Positions 27,950-38,132 are shown, counted from the first letter of the stretch. The stretch: 64,000 nucleotides of DNA from Spirochaetia bacterium (GCA_963677595.1 OY782041.1:3136001-3200000); one strand, 5' to 3'. Program-made: numbers and translations. Notes: generated by a model from the sequence alone, not told the origin.

Positions 27950-29023
27950 ATGATGAAAATGAGTTTCCGCTGGTACGGTCCCGGGTATGACTCGATCAGC
28001 CTCGAGAATATCCGGCAGATCCCAGGTATGGCAGGTGTCATCACGACACTCTTCGGGAAACAGGCCGGGGAGCTCTGGGAGACAGCTGAGATACGCTCCC
28101 TGCGTGATACCGTAGAACAGTCAGGGATGAAGATCCTGGGTATCGAGAGCGTCAATGTCTGTGATGAGATCAAGGTAGGGCACCCGAAGAGGGACCTCTA
28201 CATCGAGCGGTATATCGAGACGCTGAAGAACCTCTCACAGGCCGGGATCGACATGGTCTGCTACAACTTCATGAGCGTGTTCGACTGGACGCGGTCTGAC
28301 CTTGCCAAGCTGCGGCCTGACGGCTCCACCGTGCTTGCCTATGACCAGCGTGTGATAGATGGGATCAAGCCTGAGGAGATGTTCGACCGTATGGAAGGCA
28401 GCTCCAACGGGTTCCTGCTCCCCGGCTGGGAGGCGGAACGCCTCGGGAAGATCCGCGAGCTCTTCGGTCTCTACCAGGAGATAGACGGCGAGAAGATGTT
28501 CAGCAACCTCGTCTATTTCCTCAAGGCGATCATGCCGACCTGTGAGACCTATGGGGTGAAGATGGCCATCCATATAGACGACCCCGTCTGGGATATCTTC
28601 GGGCTGCCGCGGATCGTCAAGAATAATGCGGACCTGGCCAGACTGACAACAGCTGTGCCGAGCGAGTACAATGGCGTGACGCTGTGTACGGGATCCTTGA
28701 GCAGTAATCCCCTCAACGATATACCGGCCATCATCCGGTCCCTCAAAGGCAGGATCCATTTCGCGCATGTGCGGAACACCAGGCATACCGCCCCCGGCGT
28801 GTTCGAGGAATCCGCACACCTCTCATCAGACGGTTCGCTCGATATGTATGAGATCATACGGGCCTTCAACGACATCGGCTATGAGGGACCGGTACGGCCC
28901 GACCATGGCCGGGCGATCTGGGGGGAGCAGTCCATGCCGGGCTACGGCCTCTATGACCGTGCCCTTGGCGCTTCCTACCTCATGGGCCTGATGGAAGCGG
29001 TCGAGAAACAGGGCAGAAGGTAA
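27950..29023 (+). CDS. uxuA: Mannonate dehydratase
   Basis: MKMSFRWYG, IESVNV, CYNFM.VFDWTRSDL, MAIH.DDP, LCTGSL, IHFAHVRN, RPDHGR, GYGLYDRALG. Confidence 0.93.
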   Translation: MMKMSFRWYGPGYDSISLENIRQIPGMAGVITTLFGKQAGELWETAEIRSLRDTVEQSGMKILGIESVNVCDEIKVGHPKRDLYIERYIETLKNLSQAGIDMVCYNFMSVFDWTRSDLAKLRPDGSTVLAYDQRVIDGIKPEEMFDRMEGSSNGFLLPGWEAERLGKIRELFGLYQEIDGEKMFSNLVYFLKAIMPTCETYGVKMAIHIDDPVWDIFGLPRIVKNNADLARLTTAVPSEYNGVTLCTGSLSSNPLNDIPAIIRSLKGRIHFAHVRNTRHTAPGVFEESAHLSSDGSLDMYEIIRAFNDIGYEGPVRPDHGRAIWGEQSMPGYGLYDRALGASYLMGLMEAVEKQGRR

Positions 29024-29033
29024 GGAGCAGAGA

Positions 29034-30641
29034 ATGAGATTGCACAGAGAGAGCCTTGCTGATACGGGTTTCTGGGAAGAGAGAGGTTATACCCTGCCGG
29101 GATTCGATGTGGAGACGGTGCGGAAGAGGACCCTGGAGGCACCTTCCTGGCTGCATGTCGGGGCGGGAAACATCTTCAGGATCTTCCCTGCTGCCCTGCA
29201 GCAGAAGCTGCTCGGCAATAGGAGTGTCGATACCGGTATCATCGTCACCGAGATGTACGATGAGCAGATCATAGACAGTGCCTTCACTGCATTCGACAAC
29301 CTCACGATCGCCGTGACCCTCGAGGCATCAGGCGAGCTGAAGAAGGAGATCCTCGGGAGCATCGTGGAAGCATTGAAGCCACGGGAGTCCTATAACGAGC
29401 TGAAGCGGGTCTTCTGTGCCCCCTCACTGCAGATGGTGAGCTTCACCATCACGGAGAAGGGGTATGCCGTGAAGGATTCCGAAGGGAAGGTCTTCCCCTG
29501 GATAGCCGCGGACCTCGGGATCGGGGAGGGGGAGATCCCTTCCACCACCATCGGTCTGGTCACCTGGCTCTGCTACCGGCGCTACCAGGAGGGACGGCAT
29601 CCCCTTGCCCTGGTCAGCATGGACAACTGCAGCCATAACGGGACGGTGCTCGAGGAAGCGGTACGCTTCTTTGCTGAGAGCTGGGTCTCCTCAGGTCTCT
29701 GTGATGCAGGCTTCCTCTCCTACCTGGGAGACCCTGCCGAAGTGTCGTTCCCCTGGAGCATGATCGACAAGATCACGCCGCGTCCGGCTGAGAGCATCAT
29801 CGCGGAGCTCGAGGGGGACGGGTTGGAAGACATGGGTCTCAAGCAGACTGACAAGCATACCTTCGTGGCCCCCTTCGTGAATGCGGAGAGTTCCCAGTAC
29901 CTCGCGATCGAGGAGTTGTTCCCCAACGGGAGGCCCCCGCTCGAAGAGGCCGGGGTGATCTTCTCAGACCGGGAGACGATCGACCGGATCGAGAAGATGA
30001 AGGTCTGCACCTGCCTGAACCCCCTGCATACCGTCCTCGCGGTGTTCGGCTGTCTCCTCGGGTACACGAGCATCTCGGATGAGATGGGAGACCCCATGCT
30101 GAAAGCCCTGGTCGAGCGGGTAGGCTATGATGAGGGACTCCCCGTCGTGGTCGACCCTGGCATCATGTCTGCTGAGGATTTCATCAATGACGCGATCAAC
30201 CTGAGGTTCCCAAACCCCTTCGTTCCTGATACCCCGCAGCGGATCGCCTCAGACACCTCGCTGAAGATCCCCGTCCGTTTCGGGGAGACCCTCAAGGCTT
30301 ACATCGCACGAGGCGAGAGAGACCTCGGGTTCCTGAGGTTCATCCCGCTGTTCTTTGCCGGATGGCTCCGGTACCTGATGGCCGTCGATGACCGTGGGGC
30401 TGCATTCGAGCAGAGCCCGGACCCGAATCTGCCGGAACTGCACGCACTGCTCAGTAGCATCTTCCTAGGTGAAGACGGTCCCTTCCATGACAGGCTCCAG
30501 CCCCTGCTCAGCCGTGCGGACATCTTCGGGATCGACCTCTATGAGTTCGGCCTGGGGACGAAGGTGGAAGAGTATTTCGCCCAGATGAACAGCGGCCCCC
30601 ATGCGATCAGGGAGACCCTGCAAAGATACCTGGGCTTGTGA
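29034..30641 (+). CDS. uxuB: Mannitol dehydrogenase-family D-mannonate oxidoreductase
   Basis: WLHVGAGNIFR, SFTITEKGY, SMDNCSHNG, SMIDKITPRP, KVCTCLNPLHT, RFPNPF.PDTPQRIA; adjacent to uxuA. Confidence 0.8.
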   Translation: MRLHRESLADTGFWEERGYTLPGFDVETVRKRTLEAPSWLHVGAGNIFRIFPAALQQKLLGNRSVDTGIIVTEMYDEQIIDSAFTAFDNLTIAVTLEASGELKKEILGSIVEALKPRESYNELKRVFCAPSLQMVSFTITEKGYAVKDSEGKVFPWIAADLGIGEGEIPSTTIGLVTWLCYRRYQEGRHPLALVSMDNCSHNGTVLEEAVRFFAESWVSSGLCDAGFLSYLGDPAEVSFPWSMIDKITPRPAESIIAELEGDGLEDMGLKQTDKHTFVAPFVNAESSQYLAIEELFPNGRPPLEEAGVIFSDRETIDRIEKMKVCTCLNPLHTVLAVFGCLLGYTSISDEMGDPMLKALVERVGYDEGLPVVVDPGIMSAEDFINDAINLRFPNPFVPDTPQRIASDTSLKIPVRFGETLKAYIARGERDLGFLRFIPLFFAGWLRYLMAVDDRGAAFEQSPDPNLPELHALLSSIFLGEDGPFHDRLQPLLSRADIFGIDLYEFGLGTKVEEYFAQMNSGPHAIRETLQRYLGL

Positions 30642-31001
30642 TCAGCTCTCCAGCTCGGCGAGCCTCATCGTGACCATGTCATGAAGCAGTCCCTCATCGA
30701 TTTCCCAGTCCACAGGGACGGTGAAGAGGTTCGCCTTGACCGTATAGCTTGAGAGGCGGTCAGCGAAGGCTGCCATCACCTCCTGGCTCCAGGGAGCCAG
30801 GGAGAGGTGTCCCTTCGCAGCTGACATACCGAAGACATACTTCCCCTTGAGGTGGATCTGCGGCACGTTCCAGGCGAGCTTGACCTCAAGAAGAGGGAAC
30901 TCACTGAGGATGCAGTCGATCACTGCCTTGAGCGTTGCCCCCTTGGGCGGCTCGAGTGACCCCAGATACTCATCTACCGTCGTGAACTTTGGTGCAGCCA
31001 T
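30642..31001 (-). CDS. DUF1801 (YdhG-like) protein
   Basis: TVDEYL...P.L..KLAWNVP...FGMSAAKGHLSLAP; AGGAGG RBS. Confidence 0.8.
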   Translation of the reverse strand: MAAPKFTTVDEYLGSLEPPKGATLKAVIDCILSEFPLLEVKLAWNVPQIHLKGKYVFGMSAAKGHLSLAPWSQEVMAAFADRLSSYTVKANLFTVPVDWEIDEGLLHDMVTMRLAELES

Positions 31002-31124
31002 GGTTAGGACCTCCTGTCGTATGAACAATATACTCATACTCCCGTAGTAGTAGCAAATGATTTCCCCTTCAGTGTTCCCAGGCTGTCCACCAGCCTGTTC
31101 TATTACGCGTTTCGTCATGAAACA

Positions 31125-31247
31125 TGTAAACAATTACAAATATTCATAGGAATAACTGTAAGAACTTACAAAATTACATAGGAAAAATTGTAAAACTTTA
31201 CAAAAATCCATAGGAAAGTTGACGTGAGGTTATCGCCGTGTTAGGAT
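31125..31247 (+). repeat. Three 32-bp repeats (TGTAA-N4-TTACAAA-N4-CATAGGAA) abutting a TTGACG-N17-TAGGAT promoter
   Basis: TTACAAA at 31134, 31166 and 31198; -35 at 31219, -10 at 31242. Confidence 0.8.
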
Positions 31248-31253
31248 ATAAGC

Positions 31254-32582
31254 ATGAAGAGGACGTTATATACAGCACTGACAGCCTGGAAGGAACGTAA
31301 TGACAGGAAGCCCCTCATACTCCGGGGGACCAGGCAGACAGGGAAGACCTATCTTCTGACAGAGTTCGGGAACCGTGAATTCCGCAAGCTGCATTACCTG
31401 AACTTCCAGAAGGACAGGACGCTGAACCAGTTGTTCGAAGGGAACCTGTCCCCTGGGCATCTTCTCGAGCTGATCGAGTTCGCCTTGAAGGATGATGTGA
31501 ACATCGGAGAGGACCTTCTGTTCTTTGATGAGATCCAGGATTGCCCGCGGGCGCTGACCAGCCTGAAATATTTCTGTGAAGATATGCCGCAGCTGGCTGT
31601 GGTGAGTGCCGGATCCCTCCTTGGCGTGGTTGGGGCAGCATCATCCTTCCCGGTAGGGAAGGTGAACTTCCTCGACCTCTATCCCATGTCCTTCGTTGAG
31701 TTCCTGGAGGCAATGGGCGAAAGTCGATCGGTCAAGGTCCTGGAAGAAGCCAGCCTGGGGACGAAGATCCCGCCCTTCATCCATGATACCATCATGGGGA
31801 TCCTCAAGGAATATATGGTAGTAGGGGGGATGCCGGAGATCGTAGCACTCTACCGCACTGGCCGGGCCTCTAAACGGCAGGTATATGTAGAAGTCCGTGA
31901 ACGGCAGCAGGAGCTGCTGAGCACGTACCTGGGTGATTTCTCGAAATACGCAGGGACTGCTCGAGCCAAGGAGCTCGTGGCAGTCTTTGAATCGATACCC
32001 AGCCAGTTGGCAAAGGAGAATAAGCGGTATATTGCTTCCCAGGTTGTGGAGGGAGGTCGGTTCTCACAGTTGCAGGATGCGATAGACTGGCTCACAGGAG
32101 CTGGGCTGGTCCGGAAGGTGATGATCACGAATTCAGGCGTTCTGCCGTTCTCCAGTTTCACCAAACCGAACCGGTTCAAACTCTATTTCTTCGATATCGG
32201 CATGCTTGGGGCTCTTGGCGGGCTGGATCCTGAGGAGATCATCCTCCAGCATGATCTCTTCGCGACCTTCAAAGGGGCTTTTTGTGAGAATCTGGTAGCA
32301 CAGGAGTTTACTTATGCAGGAGGGAAACCGCTGTATGCCTGGGCCAGTAATACCGCAGAAGTCGAGTTCATCAGGAATATTCAGGGGAACGTGCTCCCGA
32401 TCGAGGTAAAAGCCGGCCTCTCCGGGAAGCTGAAGAGCCTGAACGTGTTTGTGGGGAAGTATCAGTCCTCGTACCAGGTCCGGATCAGCAGCAGGAATCT
32501 TGAGATCAATGCGTCTGCAGCGATGCACTCCTATCCCCTGTACCTGGCCTACCGGTTCCCATTGGATGAAACAGCGTCCTGA
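31254..32582 (+). CDS. AAA_14 + DUF4143 ATPase
   Basis: RKPLILRGTRQTGKT, FFDEIQ, AGSLLG, FPVGKV, VGGMPE, FKLYFFDIG, ENLVAQ, EVEF...PIEVKA. Confidence 0.9.
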   Translation: MKRTLYTALTAWKERNDRKPLILRGTRQTGKTYLLTEFGNREFRKLHYLNFQKDRTLNQLFEGNLSPGHLLELIEFALKDDVNIGEDLLFFDEIQDCPRALTSLKYFCEDMPQLAVVSAGSLLGVVGAASSFPVGKVNFLDLYPMSFVEFLEAMGESRSVKVLEEASLGTKIPPFIHDTIMGILKEYMVVGGMPEIVALYRTGRASKRQVYVEVRERQQELLSTYLGDFSKYAGTARAKELVAVFESIPSQLAKENKRYIASQVVEGGRFSQLQDAIDWLTGAGLVRKVMITNSGVLPFSSFTKPNRFKLYFFDIGMLGALGGLDPEEIILQHDLFATFKGAFCENLVAQEFTYAGGKPLYAWASNTAEVEFIRNIQGNVLPIEVKAGLSGKLKSLNVFVGKYQSSYQVRISSRNLEINASAAMHSYPLYLAYRFPLDETAS

Positions 32583-32690
32583 CGGTGATGCTGCGTCTCC
32601 CCCCATGCATCAGGAATTACGGTAGCCCTTCTACCAGAAAGTCAGGATAGCTTTCCGTCCCCGTCAGTTGTACTATGGGGACAGGACACT

Positions 32691-33122
32691 ATGGCAAAGA
32701 CGAAGTACAAAGAGTATTCTCCCTTCGAGCGGCTGCAGCTGCTCGAACTCTATGATGAGAGCGACCTCTCCCAGGACAAGTTCTGCGAGCTGCACCAGGT
32801 CAACAAGTGGACCCTGACCCAGTGGATACGCGACCGGAAGAACAATACCGGTGTCTTCAAGGACCGTGACAAGAGCCTGCCCGAGGGGGCGAAGCCGGAA
32901 AACCCCGTATTCTTCCGCCAGCCCTCGGTGGAGGACGGCTCCCTGCCAGCCTTCGTGGTGGAGCAGAAGCGGGAGAAGAACGAGCAGCAGCACAAGGCTG
33001 TGCCTCCTTCCGGAAGCATCCTCCTGCGCCGGGGTGGCTGGGAGATAGAGGTCACTGCCGGCTGCGACATGGCCGGACTCAAGGCCCTCCTGTCAATGCT
33101 CACAGATCTTCTCCCCGGCTGA
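32691..33122 (+). CDS. IS66-family accessory protein TnpA-like, orphan
   Basis: N-terminal HTH (SDLSQDKFCELHQV...TL..W) and C-terminal I.L..GG.EIEV..G.D...LKALL pattern. Confidence 0.6.
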   Translation: MAKTKYKEYSPFERLQLLELYDESDLSQDKFCELHQVNKWTLTQWIRDRKNNTGVFKDRDKSLPEGAKPENPVFFRQPSVEDGSLPAFVVEQKREKNEQQHKAVPPSGSILLRRGGWEIEVTAGCDMAGLKALLSMLTDLLPG

Positions 33123-33212
33123 GAAAGGTCAATCGTGGAAGATCCGAACATTATGATTTACTGCCGTCCCATAACCATGTAGTATGGGTATAACAAGCAT
33201 GGGGGAGCGATT

Positions 33213-33980
33213 ATGATCAGAATGGAGATGACTGCCAGACTGCTGGGTATCCGGGTCAGCGGGGGTGTCGATGAGTTCCGGGACCTCCTGGAAGCCCTGT
33301 ACCAGCTGGTGCCGCAAGAGGTGGGTACAGAACCGCTGCCTGCCGATATGCTGGGGAACCGGGTCCTCGGGCTCTGTTATGACCTCAGGCATGCCGCCAG
33401 GGGGGACCATGGTGTGGTCCTCACCGAGGATTCGATCGTCTGCGACATCACGGGGGATGGACACGAATCTGTGGACCTGAAGACAGCTGTCTGCTACTAC
33501 GAGGTCCTCTACCCGGAACTCTGCTACCAGCTGATGGGGATCGAATACCTGATCGAGAGGCGGTGCCTCGAACTCACCAGGAAGAACTACCGTGACCCCT
33601 ATGCTCTCAAGGGAGCCTGGGACATGGTGACCACTCTGAGCAGGCAGCCGCAGGCGGCCTTCCTCCGGTGCATGAGGGAAGCCCTCCCGGCTGCTCGGTT
33701 TGCGGGACTCCTCGATGCCATGGAACACGGCTGGAGGAACCTGTCGGGGATGTATGTCCAGTACCTCGATCACCTCAACCTGGAATTCCTCAGGATGAGG
33801 CCGGAGCAGCGGGAGGGGCAGTTCGACCGCATCATCCAGCGGATGACTGGTTATGCGGCGCAGGATGATTACCAGGAGATGGCACGGACGCTCGAAGCGG
33901 ACGCAACTCGCTATCGGGCGGCAGTGAACGATCTGGAGCTGGATGAAGAGGACGGGTATCCTGAGGAATATGACTGGTAG
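33213..33980 (+). CDS. Hypothetical protein (DUF6904-like)
   Basis: GIRVSG...L..ALY...RVLGLCYDLRHA..GD pattern recalled from the family. Confidence 0.55.
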   Translation: MIRMEMTARLLGIRVSGGVDEFRDLLEALYQLVPQEVGTEPLPADMLGNRVLGLCYDLRHAARGDHGVVLTEDSIVCDITGDGHESVDLKTAVCYYEVLYPELCYQLMGIEYLIERRCLELTRKNYRDPYALKGAWDMVTTLSRQPQAAFLRCMREALPAARFAGLLDAMEHGWRNLSGMYVQYLDHLNLEFLRMRPEQREGQFDRIIQRMTGYAAQDDYQEMARTLEADATRYRAAVNDLELDEEDGYPEEYDW

Positions 33981-33989
33981 GGGAGCAAG

Positions 33990-34697
33990 ATGGGAGATGG
34001 TTTCTGGTTTGAGGATGAGGATATCGAGTTCATCGACGATGGTGATGTCGAGGATATTGAAGAAGGGTTCGGGGAGCAGATACTGCAGCTGAAGATCTGG
34101 CTTCGGGGTGAAAGACCGCCGATCTGGAGGAGGATCCAGATCAGCGAGCTCTCGACCTTCTGGGATCTGCATGTCGCTATCCAGGATGTCATGGAGTGGG
34201 GTGATTTCCACCCGCACGAGTTCCATATCCTGGACCCGAGGTCTAAGATGCCCAAGGTCATCGGTACGGTGGATCGCACGATCATAACTAACGAAGAGAG
34301 ACTGAGTTCTTTCTCAGAGAACCAGTTCTTCGACCCAGCCATGCAGCATGAGTACCACTCGAATATCTCCAACTGGCTTGTGGAGGGAAAGGCCACCGTC
34401 ATGTACAATTATGACTACCGGGCTGGCTGGGAGGTGCTCATCAAGCTGGAGAAAACCCTGGAGACCTGCGAGGAAGGGGCCGATTATCCTCGCTGCCTGG
34501 CAGGGAAGCGTTCTGCCCCGCCTGAGGACTGCGGGGGCCCGTATGGGTTCAGGAGGTTGCTGGAATACCGACACTCTGAAGAGTATGATCCTGATACCGA
34601 TGACTTCCCCTATTATTTGGAGGAGTTCTTCCCCGAACTCATCAAGTTCAGGGACCCTCAAGTCGTCGATAAGGAGAGTTCGGGGCGACCGTGGTAG
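33990..34697 (+). CDS. Plasmid pRiA4b ORF-3 family protein
   Basis: QLKIWL...PPIWRRIQI...LHVAIQ.VM.W...H.HEF, Y.YD...W, YPRCLAGKR.APPEDCGG..G. Confidence 0.85.
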   Translation: MGDGFWFEDEDIEFIDDGDVEDIEEGFGEQILQLKIWLRGERPPIWRRIQISELSTFWDLHVAIQDVMEWGDFHPHEFHILDPRSKMPKVIGTVDRTIITNEERLSSFSENQFFDPAMQHEYHSNISNWLVEGKATVMYNYDYRAGWEVLIKLEKTLETCEEGADYPRCLAGKRSAPPEDCGGPYGFRRLLEYRHSEEYDPDTDDFPYYLEEFFPELIKFRDPQVVDKESSGRPW

Positions 34698-34955
34698 GAA
34701 ACATCTATTCTCATTAGGTATTGATTACTGAATACTGTATAGAAGTAGACATAAAAGTAGAACAAATTCTCAATGTCATATTTCAACCATGAATTCCTTA
34801 TAAAAATAGAATTGCGTAGTGGTTGATCCAAGTAGTGCTATGGGACTGGAAATACCGCTGGATTAATAAGAATACCGGTTGTATACTCTATATTTGGTTT
34901 ATCTAAGGTAAATGATAAACTAAGAAATACTAGTATTCAGAAAGGTCGAGAAGGT

Positions 34956-37900
34956 ATGTCAGCAGCGAAGGAAATAGTATCGTACTGGTTGTCTTGTATA
35001 GAACAGGAAGATGTTCTTTCCCAGTCATTTCTCCAAAATAGTCGCGGTAAGTTCAAACTCAATCCATTTACAGAGGATATATTCTTAACCAAAAACAACC
35101 GTGTGGTACGAATAGATGATAACGATGAAGATCTTTTGAGGTTTGTAAGACGTGCTATTACTTCAAATATTGAATTCTATTATGGATATCCACTCATAAG
35201 AAAGAAGAACAAAGACAGTAAATGGGAGTTCCTGCCTGTATTTCTTCTGCCTGCTCAATTCGGATATGATGCGGAAAACCAAGCAATTCTCTCTGTTGAT
35301 ATAGCTTCCCTGGAAATAGGACTGGAAACTGCCGGTTTGTTCGGGATAAATGCATCAGAGATTCCTGAATCGATCAATCGGTTGATTCCGCTGTTTCTGG
35401 ATGATGAATTAACAGGAGCAGAGAAGGTCCTACGAGCGGTTTCGCTTATCAAGGGTGACAGCGAACTTCCCTTTGATTCCGAGATTGATCCTGATAGTCT
35501 GGATGACACCCCCAGCAAGGGGACAGCAGCATCCTTATTGAATAAGAGCATCCTATTTGAGAGTACCAGTTCAGTATTCAACCGAGCGCTTCTGCAGGAC
35601 TTGAGACAGTTATGTGAGAAGCATGATTTCAAGGGTACAGGACTCGATACTATCTTTAGGCAATCAAGTGATCTCGATGGAAGGAGTTCCTCTGAGATGT
35701 TCCCATTGCTTCCCTTTGCTACAGATGAATACCAGCTATATGCATTACGAAAGGCCCTGAACAATCCAAAGACAATCATCACAGGACCTCCAGGAACAGG
35801 GAAGAGCCAGTTTATCATGAACCTGATCCTGAATTTCGCTGTGCAGAATAAGAGTGTTCTGTTCGTGAGTCATACTAATGAAGCCGTGAGAACGGTTGAA
35901 GAGAAGATAAAAGAGATGTTCGGTGCTGTAATATTGCGAACTGGTAATTACGGCCTTCGAAAGGACCTGCCGCAGGCATTGGATTTGCTTCTGGAAACAG
36001 TGAATGGGTTCTCCAGTAAGGTCGTGCATGATAATTCCAGGGTACAGAAGGTTATTGATGAAATATCAAGACATCAACAGTTGCTGGTTGATCTTGACAG
36101 TCTCCATGAAAGATTGTTCTCAGAAAAAGAGCGCTACAATAATTCAACAGCCTATTTCAAAGATACTGAGGCGATCCATAGAGTCATAGATGGCGTCTAT
36201 CAGCAATACGAGATCTTTACTTCTTCATGGAAGACACTCTCAGAGGTGGTAAGGCGCCAATCAGAATCGGGAGGATCGTTATTTGCACGTATTGGCAACT
36301 GGTTCAGAGTTCGACATTGCCAGAGATTGTTCAGCAGCATCATGGACCTGGATCCCGGGTTGTCTCAGTTACTGAAAGGGACTTCGCCCGATACGAATCC
36401 TGAGCTTGTGATGATTCCTTTACAGCAGATTTCTATTTGTTTGGATGATTGGCATGCATGTAGGAAAACTGAAACTGAGCTCTCTGTCCTTACTGATAAA
36501 CCCCGACTGGAAAAGCGAATTGAAAAACTATTCGAGGAGTACAGGGAGCTTTCTGAGAATGAGATCAGGGCACAGCTGCTTAAGAATCATACGAAACAGA
36601 AAAGTACTATGGTTTTAGCCAAGCGATATTCACGAAGCATCGCATCCAGATTAGTCCCCGATGATAGTCACATCAGTCTCAGTGACATGAAATCGATCGT
36701 TCCTATGTGGGCTTGTACCCTGAAATCACTACATGACAACTTTCAACTACGTGCTGGCATGTTTGATGTAGTAATTTTCGATGAATCGTCACAAATAGAT
36801 CTCCCATCAGCAGCTCCGGCTTTATACCGGGCGAAGCAGGTGATCATTGTTGGGGATCCAAAACAGTTGTCACATATTACTTCAATTACCGATACAAAGG
36901 ATAAGCAAATCGCCTTGCGGACCCTTGGAACGAGTCATCCGCTTTACCCTGATATCATCGGGTATAAAGCGAAGAATCTATTCAGTGCTGCGGAGAGCAT
37001 GAGTTCAGATTTGCCTATATTCCTCTCTAACCATTACAGATCAAGTTTCGAGATAATCGAGCTGTGCAATGCGCTATTCTATAATCAGAGATTGTCCATA
37101 GCTTCAAGATATCGTGAAAATTGGCCTATTAACCTTGAACGCGGCATCCAGTGGATAGACTGCAGGGGTACTCTCAAAAGTACAGGAACAGGATACGGTC
37201 GGAAGAGTAAATACAATGATCTCGAGAGAAAAGAAATCGTTAAACTCCTTCAGACAATCCTCAATAAGATTCATGGACAGCACATCTCTATAGGGATAGT
37301 ATCTCCCTATTCCGCACAGGTTAAAAACATTGAAACAGCAGTCCATGATTCTATACCTGGGAGCTTGATTGCTTTCCATGAGATAAAGATCAAGACAGCT
37401 CACCAATTCCAGGGAGATGAGAAGGATATCATGATCTTTTCCCCGGTTCTGTCGGGGAAGGGGGCATACCCCGGGTGTGATGCCTGGTTCAATCTATCTC
37501 CGGAAGTGCTGAATGTTGCCTTGTCCAGAGCTCGAATGCTGCTGTATATCGTAGGAGACTATCCCTTCTGTAGATCGCGTAAAGGGGTGCTGCAGGATAT
37601 CACAGTCGAATATGGTAGGTTGAAAGATAAGCAGAAAAAGAGTTTGCATGCTGAGTCATTGAGATTTGAATCACCATTTGAGGAGAGATTGTACAACCTG
37701 ATTTCTGATAGTGGATTACTGACAGATACCGATTATGTGTTGGTGTCACAGTTCCCAGAGGGGCAGTATTATCTCGATCTGGCGTTGGTTGGGCCCGTAA
37801 AGGTCAATATCGAGTGTGATGGAGGCCAGCACCTGAAGACCCTTGACGGTACCCCGGTGCTGAAGGATATTCGAAGAGATGCATATCTAAGATCTAGAAA

Positions 37901-38012
37901 TTGGAAAGTCCTGCGATTCAGGAATCATGAGATACTGTATGAACCCGAACGAGTACTGAAAACTATAAGGAATGAAATGCGGGTTCCTTCCTACGTTAAG
38001 GAGAGAGCTTAA
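34956..38012 (+). CDS. SF1 (DNA2/UPF1-like) helicase with C-terminal DUF559/Vsr-like nuclease
   Basis: GPPGTGKS, FDESSQ, GDPKQL, HYRS, SPYSAQ, HQFQGDEKD, NVALSRAR; C-terminal ESPFE...LDLA...IECDGGQH...RD.YL...W.VLRF.N. Confidence 0.85.
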   Translation: MSAAKEIVSYWLSCIEQEDVLSQSFLQNSRGKFKLNPFTEDIFLTKNNRVVRIDDNDEDLLRFVRRAITSNIEFYYGYPLIRKKNKDSKWEFLPVFLLPAQFGYDAENQAILSVDIASLEIGLETAGLFGINASEIPESINRLIPLFLDDELTGAEKVLRAVSLIKGDSELPFDSEIDPDSLDDTPSKGTAASLLNKSILFESTSSVFNRALLQDLRQLCEKHDFKGTGLDTIFRQSSDLDGRSSSEMFPLLPFATDEYQLYALRKALNNPKTIITGPPGTGKSQFIMNLILNFAVQNKSVLFVSHTNEAVRTVEEKIKEMFGAVILRTGNYGLRKDLPQALDLLLETVNGFSSKVVHDNSRVQKVIDEISRHQQLLVDLDSLHERLFSEKERYNNSTAYFKDTEAIHRVIDGVYQQYEIFTSSWKTLSEVVRRQSESGGSLFARIGNWFRVRHCQRLFSSIMDLDPGLSQLLKGTSPDTNPELVMIPLQQISICLDDWHACRKTETELSVLTDKPRLEKRIEKLFEEYRELSENEIRAQLLKNHTKQKSTMVLAKRYSRSIASRLVPDDSHISLSDMKSIVPMWACTLKSLHDNFQLRAGMFDVVIFDESSQIDLPSAAPALYRAKQVIIVGDPKQLSHITSITDTKDKQIALRTLGTSHPLYPDIIGYKAKNLFSAAESMSSDLPIFLSNHYRSSFEIIELCNALFYNQRLSIASRYRENWPINLERGIQWIDCRGTLKSTGTGYGRKSKYNDLERKEIVKLLQTILNKIHGQHISIGIVSPYSAQVKNIETAVHDSIPGSLIAFHEIKIKTAHQFQGDEKDIMIFSPVLSGKGAYPGCDAWFNLSPEVLNVALSRARMLLYIVGDYPFCRSRKGVLQDITVEYGRLKDKQKKSLHAESLRFESPFEERLYNLISDSGLLTDTDYVLVSQFPEGQYYLDLALVGPVKVNIECDGGQHLKTLDGTPVLKDIRRDAYLRSRNWKVLRFRNHEILYEPERVLKTIRNEMRVPSYVKERA

Positions 38013-38051
38013 TAGCCTGAATTGTCAACTAACTTGACATACATAATTGTG

Positions 38052-38126
38052 GTGAAATTAATTTTTACTATAATAAAAATATTTGTGAAAATATATATTG
38101 CCAACTCAGAATTAACCATGTACACT
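38052..38126 (+). promoter_or_regulatory. murQ promoter TTGCCA-N17-TACACT with two GTGAAA boxes
   Basis: Boxes at 38052 and 38085. The -10 element ends 6 nt before the ATG. Confidence 0.6.
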
Positions 38127-38132
38127 TGATGT

